From Gammaproteobacteria bacterium (lineage in GTDB: Bacteria; Pseudomonadota; Gammaproteobacteria; Ga0077536): a DNA stretch of 64,000 nt. The translations under genes were made by a program, and so were the position numbers. The DNA lies in the NCBI GenBank assembly GCA_035325705.1, contig DAOKZI010000006.1, forward strand, positions 21,074 through 85,073, given 5' to 3'. The first letter of the stretch is position 1, and the number at the start of each line of letters is the position of its first letter. The notes beneath the pieces were generated by a model. The model searched no databases, was not told the DNA's origin, and saw nothing but the letters and a program-made list of their open reading frames with translations. Shown in pieces: positions 56,827-64,000 of this stretch.

Positions 56827-57657
56827 TCAGCGCAGCACAGAGCCCGATACCTGCGCTGCGAGGAGCAAAGGCCAGACCGTGATCCAGCCGCGCGCATGGG
56901 CGGCATCGTCGACGATGACGAGACGTGCGCCGGTCTGCGCTCGTAGCGCGGCAGAGATCTGGGCTGGCGGCACGTTGCGATCGCGGCCGCCCGCATAGTG
57001 GACTTGCGCGACTCGCGGCGGCAGCGGCGGGCGGCGCGCGGGGTCAAGCGAGGCGGTGAGCGGCGAATAGCCGTGCGCCGCGGCCCAGGCCTCGAGATCG
57101 AGATTCGCGGCCACCGTGATCACGCGATCGACGGCCTCGATGCGCTCGGCGAGGAGCATCGCGAGCACGCCGCCGCCGCTGTAGCCGACGAGCGTGTAGT
57201 GGCCGATCCGATGCGTCACGCGCAGCCGCGCCAGCGCGGCGGCGAGGCTCGCGACCACCTCCGTGCCGTAGCGGGCTTCCGTCCACAGCCGGGGCGCGCA
57301 GCCCGGCGCCTGCGCGAGACCCTCATAGCAGGGGCGGGCGAGATAGATCGAAGGCGCGGGATCGAGCGCCATCAGCTCGCGCGCGAGGCGACGGCGCGGC
57401 GTCGGATCGCCGGCCGGCAGATGGCGCGTCGCGAACGGGCGGCCATCGCCTTCGAGATAGACGTGCACGCGGTCCGCGCCGTCGAGACGGCCCTGCACGT
57501 CGATCCGGTGCATGAAGCCCGCGCCTTCGATCAGCGATCCCGGCAGGGGCGGCGGCGCGCCGGCGCAAGCGGCCAGGAACACCGGCGCGCCGAGCAGGAC
57601 GAGCAGCGCCCGCGCGCGGCGCGATGCTATGCTCGGCACGGGATCCCGGAGCAACAT
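56827..57657 (-). CDS. alpha/beta-hydrolase lipoprotein
   Basis: Lipobox LLGAPVFLAAC. GYSGGG nucleophile elbow. Confidence 0.65.
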   Translation of the reverse strand: MLLRDPVPSIASRRARALLVLLGAPVFLAACAGAPPPLPGSLIEGAGFMHRIDVQGRLDGADRVHVYLEGDGRPFATRHLPAGDPTPRRRLARELMALDPAPSIYLARPCYEGLAQAPGCAPRLWTEARYGTEVVASLAAALARLRVTHRIGHYTLVGYSGGGVLAMLLAERIEAVDRVITVAANLDLEAWAAAHGYSPLTASLDPARRPPLPPRVAQVHYAGGRDRNVPPAQISAALRAQTGARLVIVDDAAHARGWITVWPLLLAAQVSGSVLR

Positions 57658-57663
57658 TCAGGC

Positions 57664-58344
57664 ATGAAGCACCTCGCCCTGCTGCTGGTGACGCTGTGCT
57701 GCGCATGGACGCTGTCCGCGCGCGCGGCGGCGCCGGCCGCGCAGGTCGCCGAACTCGAAGGGCGTGCGATCGCGCTGGGCGCGGACGGGCATACGCGGAC
57801 GCTCGCGATTCAGGCACCGGTCTACGCCGGCGACACGGTCGCGACCCTGGGCCGCGCGCGGGCGCTGCTGCGGTTCACGGACGGCTCGAAGTACGAGCTC
57901 GGCGCGGACACGCGGCTGCGCATCGATCGCTATCGCTACGGCGGGCAGCCGGACGAGGCCGAGGCCGCGACCGAGATCGTCAAAGGCCTGTTCCGCTATG
58001 TCTCCGGCCTCATCGCGAAGCATCGGCCGCGCGCGACGCAGATCCGCACGGCGGTCGCGACGATCGGCATCCGCGGCACGCATGTGATCGGCGAAATCAC
58101 CGAGACCTCGGCGACGATCGGGCTGCTGCCGCCGGAGACGGGCGACGCACCGAGCGCGATAGAGGTATCGAACGCGCACGGCAGCGTGACGATCGACCAG
58201 CCGAACTACGTCACCGAGATCCCGGACGCGAACAGTCCGCCGTCGCCGCCGCGGCCGCGCGATCTGCGCTCGATGACGCGCCAGCTCCGTCTGGTGCAGA
58301 CCATGCGCCGCGTGATTACGCCGAGGATGCCCGCACTGCCCTGA
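57664..58344 (+). CDS. FecR-domain secreted protein
   Basis: The internal ATG at 57664 gives signal peptide MKHLALLLVTLCCAWTLSARA. The FecR-like region reads IQAPVYAGDTVATLGRARALLRFTDGSKYELGADTRLRID. Confidence 0.6.
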   Translation: MKHLALLLVTLCCAWTLSARAAAPAAQVAELEGRAIALGADGHTRTLAIQAPVYAGDTVATLGRARALLRFTDGSKYELGADTRLRIDRYRYGGQPDEAEAATEIVKGLFRYVSGLIAKHRPRATQIRTAVATIGIRGTHVIGEITETSATIGLLPPETGDAPSAIEVSNAHGSVTIDQPNYVTEIPDANSPPSPPRPRDLRSMTRQLRLVQTMRRVITPRMPALP

Positions 58345-58419
58345 GACCGCGTTTCCTCCGCCGCGCGCGGAGCGCCACGCTCCATCCGATTCAGCATTCA
58401 TCTCGAAGAGGTTTTCCGC

Positions 58420-59577
58420 ATGAAGCTCGACGGCGTCACCGTGATCGATTTGTCGATGTTCCTGCCCGGTCCCCATTTCACGCTGATGATGGCCGACCAC
58501 GGTGCGGACGTCATCCGCATCGAGCCGCCCGCCGGTGAGCCGAGCCGCGAGTACGGCCTGCGGCTCGGCGAACACAGCGTGTGGTTCCGCAACACGCATC
58601 GCGGCAAGCGCAGCCTGCGCCTGAACCTGAAGGATCCGCGCGGCAAGGCACTGCTGATGAAGCTGCTGGAGAAGGCCGACGTGCTGGTCGAAGGCTTCAG
58701 GCCCGGCGTCATGCGCCGGCTCGGGCTCGACTACGAGAGCGTGCGCGCGCACGCGCCGCAGATCGTCTACTGCTCGATCTCCGCCTTCGGCCAGACCGGT
58801 CGCTATCGCGACAAGCCCGCGCACGACATGGCGGTGCAGGCGCTCGCCGGCACGCTGGGCTTCAACCTCGGACGCGACGGCGCGCCGACCAATCCCGGCC
58901 TGCCGACCGCCGATATCACGAGCTCGATGTTCGCGCTGAGCGGTGTGTTGATGGCGCTGCTGAAGCAGCGGCAGACGGGGCAGGGAGATTTCCTCGACAT
59001 CGCGATGCACGACAGCCTGCTCGCGTGGACACCCAACTACACCGGCCCCGTGTTTGCCGAGCACCGGCCGCACGAGGTGAAGCACGAGCGCAACTGGGGC
59101 GGTGGCGCTTTCTACAATCTCTATCGCACGCGCGACGCGCAGTGGATGGTGCTCGGTGGCCTGGAGCACCACTTCTGCGCGAATTTCCTCAACAAGGCGG
59201 GGCGGCCGGATCTGATCCCGCTGTGCGAGCTGCCGCCGGGCCCGGGCCAGCAGCCGGTGAAGGACTTCCTCGCGGACTTCTTTGCGGCGCGCACGCGGGC
59301 GGAAGCGCTGGCATGGCTCGCCGACATCGACGTCTGCTATGCGCCGCTGCGCACGCTGGTCGAAGCCTATGACGATCCGCATGCGGCCGAGCGCGGCATG
59401 CTGCTGCACGACGAGCAGGGCTTGCCGCACATCGGCACCGCGATCAAGTTCACCCGCGAGCCCGCGCAGATAGGCTACGCGGTGCCGCGCCTCGGCGAGC
59501 ACTCGCGGGCGATCGCGGCGGAGCTCGGTTATGCCGACGCGGAGATCGAGGCACTGGCGCGCGACGGGGTCATCTGA
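58420..59577 (+). CDS. CoA-transferase family III (CaiB/BaiF) protein
   Basis: 385 aa (VIDLSMFLPGPHFTLMMADHGADVIRIEPP...). Confidence 0.85.
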   Translation: MKLDGVTVIDLSMFLPGPHFTLMMADHGADVIRIEPPAGEPSREYGLRLGEHSVWFRNTHRGKRSLRLNLKDPRGKALLMKLLEKADVLVEGFRPGVMRRLGLDYESVRAHAPQIVYCSISAFGQTGRYRDKPAHDMAVQALAGTLGFNLGRDGAPTNPGLPTADITSSMFALSGVLMALLKQRQTGQGDFLDIAMHDSLLAWTPNYTGPVFAEHRPHEVKHERNWGGGAFYNLYRTRDAQWMVLGGLEHHFCANFLNKAGRPDLIPLCELPPGPGQQPVKDFLADFFAARTRAEALAWLADIDVCYAPLRTLVEAYDDPHAAERGMLLHDEQGLPHIGTAIKFTREPAQIGYAVPRLGEHSRAIAAELGYADAEIEALARDGVI

Positions 59578-59739
59578 AGCCATCGCCGCGGTCGCGCGTC
59601 GGAGCCGGACGCGCACAGATCCGGCGAGCTCACGGCCGAACGCAGCGGCGCCGGCAACGCTCGGCTCCGCAGGCCCCGCCGGGCAATCTGCCCGTTGATG
59701 CCGTCGCGGCGCGCGGCTTCGGCCCGGCGGAGTAGAGTT

Positions 59740-60165
59740 CGAGCGGGGACACCCACCGAGTTCGAGAGTAGAGTTCGAGCGGGGACACCCACAGTTCGAG
59801 CGGGGGACGGGTCGAGCGGGGACACCCACAGTTCGGGGCGAGTCGAGTGGGGACACCCACCCGAGGGAGCGAGCCATTCGAGTGGGGACACCCATTTAAT
59901 CAAGCGGGAAGACCTATGGCTGTCCCGGCTCGCGGTTCGCGGACGGTGGGTGTCCCGGCCCGCGCCCCAGGTCTCGCGAACAGCGCGAACGGTGGGTGTC
60001 CCGGGCCCACGCCACGAAGCGGTGGGTGTCCCAGCTCGAGTAGCCAGCGCGACGCGGTTCGAAGCGGGTCCCGCGAACGGTGGGTGTCCCGGCCCGAAGA
60101 CAAACCTCCGGCACCACGCCCGCCGTCCCACTTGCCTAGAATCGCCCGCAGCGAGGACACCCATG
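59740..60165. repeat. convergent array of a 12-20 bp motif (core GGGGACACCCAC) upstream of the two-component system
   Basis: Direct copies (context GTTCGAGCGGGGACACCCAC) at 59745, 59781, 59818, 59849 and 59884. Inverted copies (GGTGGGTGTCCCGG) at 59945, 59991, 60021 and 60079, plus a partial copy at 59921. A degenerate direct copy gaggacacccatg lies at 60153, about 40 bp before the kinase ATG. Confidence 0.85.
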
Positions 60166-60200
60166 CTTCATGCCCGTCCGGATCCGTGCCGAGCCGCTTT

Positions 60201-61583
60201 ATGATGAGGCTGACCCACCACCTGTTGCTGCATCTCCTCGGCTGGTCGCTGGTCTGTGCGGTGATCGCGACCGCCTTCGTCGCGCAGCGCACCGAGCGCG
60301 CGCTGCGGCGCGAGGCGAGCGCGCTCGCGGACAGCGCCGTGCGCGTGCTCGACATGCAGTTGGCGCGCATCGCGCTGGGGGCCGAGCACGATGCGCAGTT
60401 CCCGGACTGGGACCTGGTCGAGGGATTGCGCGTGCCGGCGGGCGGCTGTCTCCGTCTGCTGCATGCCGGCGGCGAGGTGTGGCGCAGTCACTGTCGCGGG
60501 CTGGACCTCGCGCGCAGCGCCCCGGCGCCGGCGTGGTTCACGGCGCTGCGCGCGCGCATGCCCGGGACGATCACCGCGCTCCTGCGTCCCCTACGGTCGA
60601 CCGCGCCGGCGCCCGCGCGCATCGAGGTGACGCTGGACGCGCGCGAGCAGTCGGCGCTCGCCTGGCGCTCGCTGCGCGAGACCCTGCTGCTCGTCGCGAG
60701 CGTCGCCGCCGCGCTGGGTGCCGTCGTGCTCGTCGTCGTGGCGCGGGCGCTGCGGCCGGCACGCGCGCTGCTCGCCCGCATCGACGCGCTCGAGCGCGGC
60801 GCGCCCGCGGAGCCGCCCGGTCGCTACCGCTTCCTCGAGCTGCAACGCATCGGCGACGCGCTCGAGCGCCTCGCGAGCTCGCTCGCCGCCGCGCTGGTCC
60901 GCCAGCGCCGGCTCGCCGCCGAGCTGCTCCATGCCCAGGAGGACGAGCGCCGCCGTCTCGCCCGCGAGCTGCACGATGAATTCGCGCAGAGCCTCGCCGG
61001 CATCGCGGCGACGACGGGCGCGCTGAAGAGCGACGTCGCCGCCGGCCGCCTCCCGCCCGCCGCCGATCTCGATCGGCTCGCCGCCGCCGCCGCGGGCATG
61101 CAGCGCCAGCTCCGCGAGCTGCTCGAGCGTCTGGGGCCGGCGACGCTGGACGATCTGGGGTTGGGCCCCGCGCTCGTCTCCTTGACGAAGGAGTGGGACG
61201 CACGCTGTCGCGGCCGCCCGCGCTTCGTCTGCGACATCGACGCGACGCTGCCCGACCCGCTGCCCGCCGCCGTCGCGATCACGGCCTACCGCACGGCGCA
61301 GGAAGCGCTGACCAATGCCGCGCGTCATGCCGGGGCGGCGCGAGTCGTGCTCCGGATCGCCGCGGCGCCGCTCGGGGCCGAGCCCGGCCTCGTGCTCTGG
61401 ATCGACGACGACGGCGACACCGCGCCCGCCGCGCCGATCCTCGGACGCGGCCTCATCGGCATGCGCGAGCGCGCGCTCGCGCTGGGCGGCACGGTGAGCT
61501 GGGGCAGGCGAGCGGACGGCGGATTCCGGATCGAAGCGCGGCTGCCGCTGGGACAGACACGGGCCAGCGCAGCCTCCGTATGA
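60201..61583 (+). CDS. sensor histidine kinase (NarX/UhpB type, HisKA_3 plus HATPase)
   Basis: N-terminal TM segments. H-box ELHDEFAQSLAGI. ATP-binding region (TNAARHAGAARV...GRGLIGMRERALALGG). Confidence 0.85.
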   Translation: MMRLTHHLLLHLLGWSLVCAVIATAFVAQRTERALRREASALADSAVRVLDMQLARIALGAEHDAQFPDWDLVEGLRVPAGGCLRLLHAGGEVWRSHCRGLDLARSAPAPAWFTALRARMPGTITALLRPLRSTAPAPARIEVTLDAREQSALAWRSLRETLLLVASVAAALGAVVLVVVARALRPARALLARIDALERGAPAEPPGRYRFLELQRIGDALERLASSLAAALVRQRRLAAELLHAQEDERRRLARELHDEFAQSLAGIAATTGALKSDVAAGRLPPAADLDRLAAAAAGMQRQLRELLERLGPATLDDLGLGPALVSLTKEWDARCRGRPRFVCDIDATLPDPLPAAVAITAYRTAQEALTNAARHAGAARVVLRIAAAPLGAEPGLVLWIDDDGDTAPAAPILGRGLIGMRERALALGGTVSWGRRADGGFRIEARLPLGQTRASAASV

Positions 61584-62254
61584 ACGCCACCCGCCGCATC
61601 GTCATCGCCGACGATCACGCGATCGTCCGCGCCGGCTACTGCGCGCTGCTGTCGCGCCACCCGGGCTGCACGATCGTCGGCGAGGCCGCCGACGGCGCCG
61701 AAGCCTACCGCCTGGTCGCGAGCCTCGCGCCGGATCTGCTCGTGATCGATCTATCGATGCCGGGTCTCGGCGGCCTGGGCGCGATTCCGCGCGTGCGCCA
61801 GCGCCGGCCCGACTGCCGTGTCCTCGTACTCAGCATGCACGGCGATCCGGCCTACGTCGAACGCGCGCTGCTCGCCGGCGCGCACGGCTATGTGACCAAG
61901 AGCAGCGCGCCGGACATCCTCCTCGCCGCGGTCGATGCCGTCGCCGGCGGCGGCCGCTACTTGAGCCCGGATCTATCCTCGCGGCTCGCCTGGCAGCGCC
62001 TCGGCAGCGCCGTGCCGGGCGCCGAGGATCTGACGCCGCGGGAGTTCGAGGTCCTGCGTCTGCTCGTCGAGGCGCACACGCCTGCGGCGATCGCGCGTGC
62101 GCTCGGGATCAGCGACAAGACCGTGCTGAACATGCACTACACCATCAAGCGCAAGCTGCAGGCGCGCACCGACATCGAGCTGATGCACGCGGCGCTGCGC
62201 ATGGGTCTGATCGACGCGCCGCCCCAGTCTCCGCCGGCGCCGGCAGAGGACTGA
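61580..62254 (+). CDS. LuxR/NarL-family response regulator
   Basis: ATG overlaps the kinase stop as ATGA. The receiver domain carries a DD...D...K pattern. The C-terminal HTH reads LTPREFEVLRLLVEAHTPAAIARALGISDKTVLNMH. Confidence 0.85.
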   Translation: MNATRRIVIADDHAIVRAGYCALLSRHPGCTIVGEAADGAEAYRLVASLAPDLLVIDLSMPGLGGLGAIPRVRQRRPDCRVLVLSMHGDPAYVERALLAGAHGYVTKSSAPDILLAAVDAVAGGGRYLSPDLSSRLAWQRLGSAVPGAEDLTPREFEVLRLLVEAHTPAAIARALGISDKTVLNMHYTIKRKLQARTDIELMHAALRMGLIDAPPQSPPAPAED

Positions 62255-62349
62255 GCCGCGACGCCGGGCAGCGGTTCAGCGGGCCTGCGCATTCGCGTAT
62301 GCTGGCGCCCTTTCCGGCCCGCGTCCCCGAAAGAACCTCCGTCGAGTCC

Positions 62350-64000
62350 ATGCCGATTCTGCTGAAGTACCTGCCGCGCGAGTTCGCGGCCTTCCTCGTC
62401 GCGTGCGCCACTCGCTGGCCCTGGCTCGTGATCCTCGTAATGCTCGCGTTGACGGGCTGGGGCGTCCGCTACACCGCCGCGCACATCGGTATCGACACCG
62501 ACACGGGCGAGATGATCGATCCGAAGCTGCCGCACCGGCAGGCGAGCAGGGCGCTCGACGAGGCCTTTCCGCATCTGCCCGGGGACGTCCTCGTCTACGC
62601 ACAGGCCGCCCACGCCGGTGACGCGGAGGACGCCGCGGACGCGCTCGCCGCGGCGCTGCGCGAGCGCCCGGACATCGCGCGCGCGCTGTCGCAACCGGGA
62701 GGCGGCGAGTTCTTCGCGCGCCAGGGACTGCTCTATCTATCGGTCGACGAGCTGTGGACGCTGGACGAGAAGCTCGCCGACGCCGCGCCGCTGCTCGGCA
62801 CGCTGGCCGCGGACGCGAGCCTGCGCGGCCTGTTCGACACGCTGTCGCTAGGCCTCGACGAAGCGCAGGACGAGTCGGCGCGGGCGAACCTCGCCCGGCT
62901 CTTCGATCGCGTGTCCGCTGCGCTCGAACGGTACGCCGCCGGCGACACCACGCCGAATCACTGGCGCGAGGAGTTGTTCGACGAGAACGAGGACGGCGGC
63001 CCGGCGCGCGCCTTCGTGCTGATCGATCCCGCGCTCGCGAACACGAGCTTCCAGCCGGCGGAGCCCGCGATCGAGGCGCTGCACGGGCTGCTCGACGAGC
63101 TGCAGCGGCATCATCCGCAGGTGCAGTACCGCGTGACGGGCTCCGCGGCGATGAACGGCGAAGAGCTGGTGACGGTCGCCGAGGACGCGAGCCTGACGAC
63201 CGGGCTGTCCTTCGCCTTCGTCGCGCTGGTGCTCGTCTGGGGGCTGCGGCGCGGCGGGCTCGTGCTCGCCGTGCTGGTGACGCTCGCCTGCGGTCTGGCG
63301 CTGACCGCGGCCTTTGCCGCCGGCTTCGTCGGCAGCCTGAACCTCATCTCGGTGTGCTTCGCCGTGCTCTTCATCGGCATGGGCGTCGACTTCGGCATCC
63401 AGTTCGTGCTGCGCTACCAGGAAGAGAGTCGGCACGGCATCGCGCGCCGCGCCGCGCTGCTCGCCGCCGCGCGCGGCGTCGGCGGCGCGCTGATCCTCGC
63501 CGCCGCCGGCGCCGCGATCAGCTTCTCCGCCTTCGTGCCGACGAGCTACAAAGGTCTCGCCCAGCTCGGCATCATCTCGAGCTGCAGCATGGCGATCGCG
63601 CTGCTCGCGAATCTCACGCTGCTGCCCGCGCTGCTGGTGCTGCTGCCGGCGCCGAAGGCGAAGCCCGCGCCCGTGCGCTCGCGTGAGCCCGGCTTCGTCG
63701 CGCGCCACGCGAAAGCGATACTCGCGGTGTCCGCGCTGCTGACGATCGTGAGCCTCGCGCTGCTGCCGCGCGCGCGCTTCGATCTGAATCCGCTGAACCT
63801 GAAGGATCCGCGCAGCCCGGCGGTGCGCGCGTTCAAGGATCTGGCGAGTACGCCGGGTGCCTCGCCGTACACCATCGATCTGCTCGCGCCGACGCTCGCC
63901 GCGGCCGACGCGCTCGCGGCGCGCATCGGGGCCCTGCCCGAAGTCGATGAAGCCCTCACGCTCTCGAGCTACGTCGCGGCCGATCAGGAAGAGAAGCTCG
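62350..64000 (+). CDS. MMPL/RND-superfamily transporter (HpnN-like); the 3' end lies beyond the window
   Basis: ATG at 62350 (MPILLKYLPREFAAFLVACATRWPWLVILVMLALTGWG). A large periplasmic loop is followed by the TM cluster (LNLISVCFAVLFIGMGVDFGIQF). No plus-strand ORF is listed in this frame through to the window end, consistent with an open frame. Confidence 0.7.
   Translation, partial: MPILLKYLPREFAAFLVACATRWPWLVILVMLALTGWGVRYTAAHIGIDTDTGEMIDPKLPHRQASRALDEAFPHLPGDVLVYAQAAHAGDAEDAADALAAALRERPDIARALSQPGGGEFFARQGLLYLSVDELWTLDEKLADAAPLLGTLAADASLRGLFDTLSLGLDEAQDESARANLARLFDRVSAALERYAAGDTTPNHWREELFDENEDGGPARAFVLIDPALANTSFQPAEPAIEALHGLLDELQRHHPQVQYRVTGSAAMNGEELVTVAEDASLTTGLSFAFVALVLVWGLRRGGLVLAVLVTLACGLALTAAFAAGFVGSLNLISVCFAVLFIGMGVDFGIQFVLRYQEESRHGIARRAALLAAARGVGGALILAAAGAAISFSAFVPTSYKGLAQLGIISSCSMAIALLANLTLLPALLVLLPAPKAKPAPVRSREPGFVARHAKAILAVSALLTIVSLALLPRARFDLNPLNLKDPRSPAVRAFKDLASTPGASPYTIDLLAPTLAAADALAARIGALPEVDEALTLSSYVAADQEEKL

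Noticed and set aside
57658-59895. 745 aa minus-strand ORF opposite the FecR-like and CoA-transferase genes
   Set aside because: It is an antisense artefact. The sense genes have a signal peptide and the CaiB/BaiF family sequence.
59740-60165. CRISPR array interpretation of the GGGGACACCCAC repeats
   Set aside because: The repeat core is only 12-20 bp. The spacers would be about 16 bp. The repeat orientation flips midway. No cas genes are present.

Overview
This is a 64 kb window from a roughly 68% GC proteobacterial chromosome, densely packed with housekeeping and catabolic genes. I support about 55 coding regions, chosen by domain motifs recognisable in the translations, high third-position GC, and tight start/stop overlaps. 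Many long antisense ORFs in the six-frame track are GC artefacts and are ignored.

The main gene blocks are:
- A partial TonB-dependent receptor beside a WYL-domain regulator.
- A PEP-CTERM secreted protein sitting inside a roughly 1.39 kb element bounded by roughly 50 bp inverted repeats.
- A two-domain PPK2 polyphosphate kinase broken by a 5 bp tandem duplication.
- A GST, SCO/SenC, DUF1329, DUF1302 run.
- A three-gene, translationally coupled, signal-peptide-free molybdoenzyme set (molybdopterin subunit, 4Fe-4S subunit, NrfD-like anchor) that best matches cytoplasmic SoeABC-type sulfite dehydrogenase, divergent from a SulP/STAS anion transporter.
- A 2-oxoacid dehydrogenase E1 alpha, E1 beta, enoyl-CoA hydratase, E2 operon followed by an acyl-CoA dehydrogenase.
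- An isochorismatase, GS-like, PPOX, N-formylglutamate amidohydrolase amine-catabolism-like cluster.
- A four-gene operon joined by 4 nt overlaps: S1 protease, RluD-like pseudouridine synthase, PPOX, transglutaminase-like protein.
- An acyl-CoA dehydrogenase coupled to a NYN/LOTUS protein.
- A xanthine-dehydrogenase-family molybdenum hydroxylase cluster (CoxM, CoxS, CoxL, CoxG) with the maturation genes XdhC and MocA and an SMP-30 lactonase.
- An autotransporter.
- A NarX-type histidine kinase with a LuxR-type response regulator, followed by a partial MMPL transporter.

The non-coding fraction is unusually structured. Three intergenic repeat families co-occur as mosaics. The first is a REP-like palindrome around CCCGGGT...ACCCGGG or CCCGGAT...ATCCGGG, found at nine loci including a 153 bp tandem array of about 3.5 copies. 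The second is a hairpin, TTGGGCTGACGAAGGAAGCCCAA. The third is a MITE-like family with roughly 50 bp terminal inverted repeats built from 9-mer CAC[A/G]GAG[A/G]A tandems.

The most unusual single structure is a roughly 430 bp region upstream of the two-component system. It carries at least five direct and four or five inverted copies of GGGGACACCCAC in a convergent arrangement.

The 3' end of the putative soeC is duplicated for roughly 200 bp, with two mismatches visible in the aligned stretch. The two copies flank a roughly 1 kb foreign insert carrying a low-GC membrane-protein ORF and an IS66-family transposase C-terminal remnant. No CRISPR array, rRNA or tRNA was seen.
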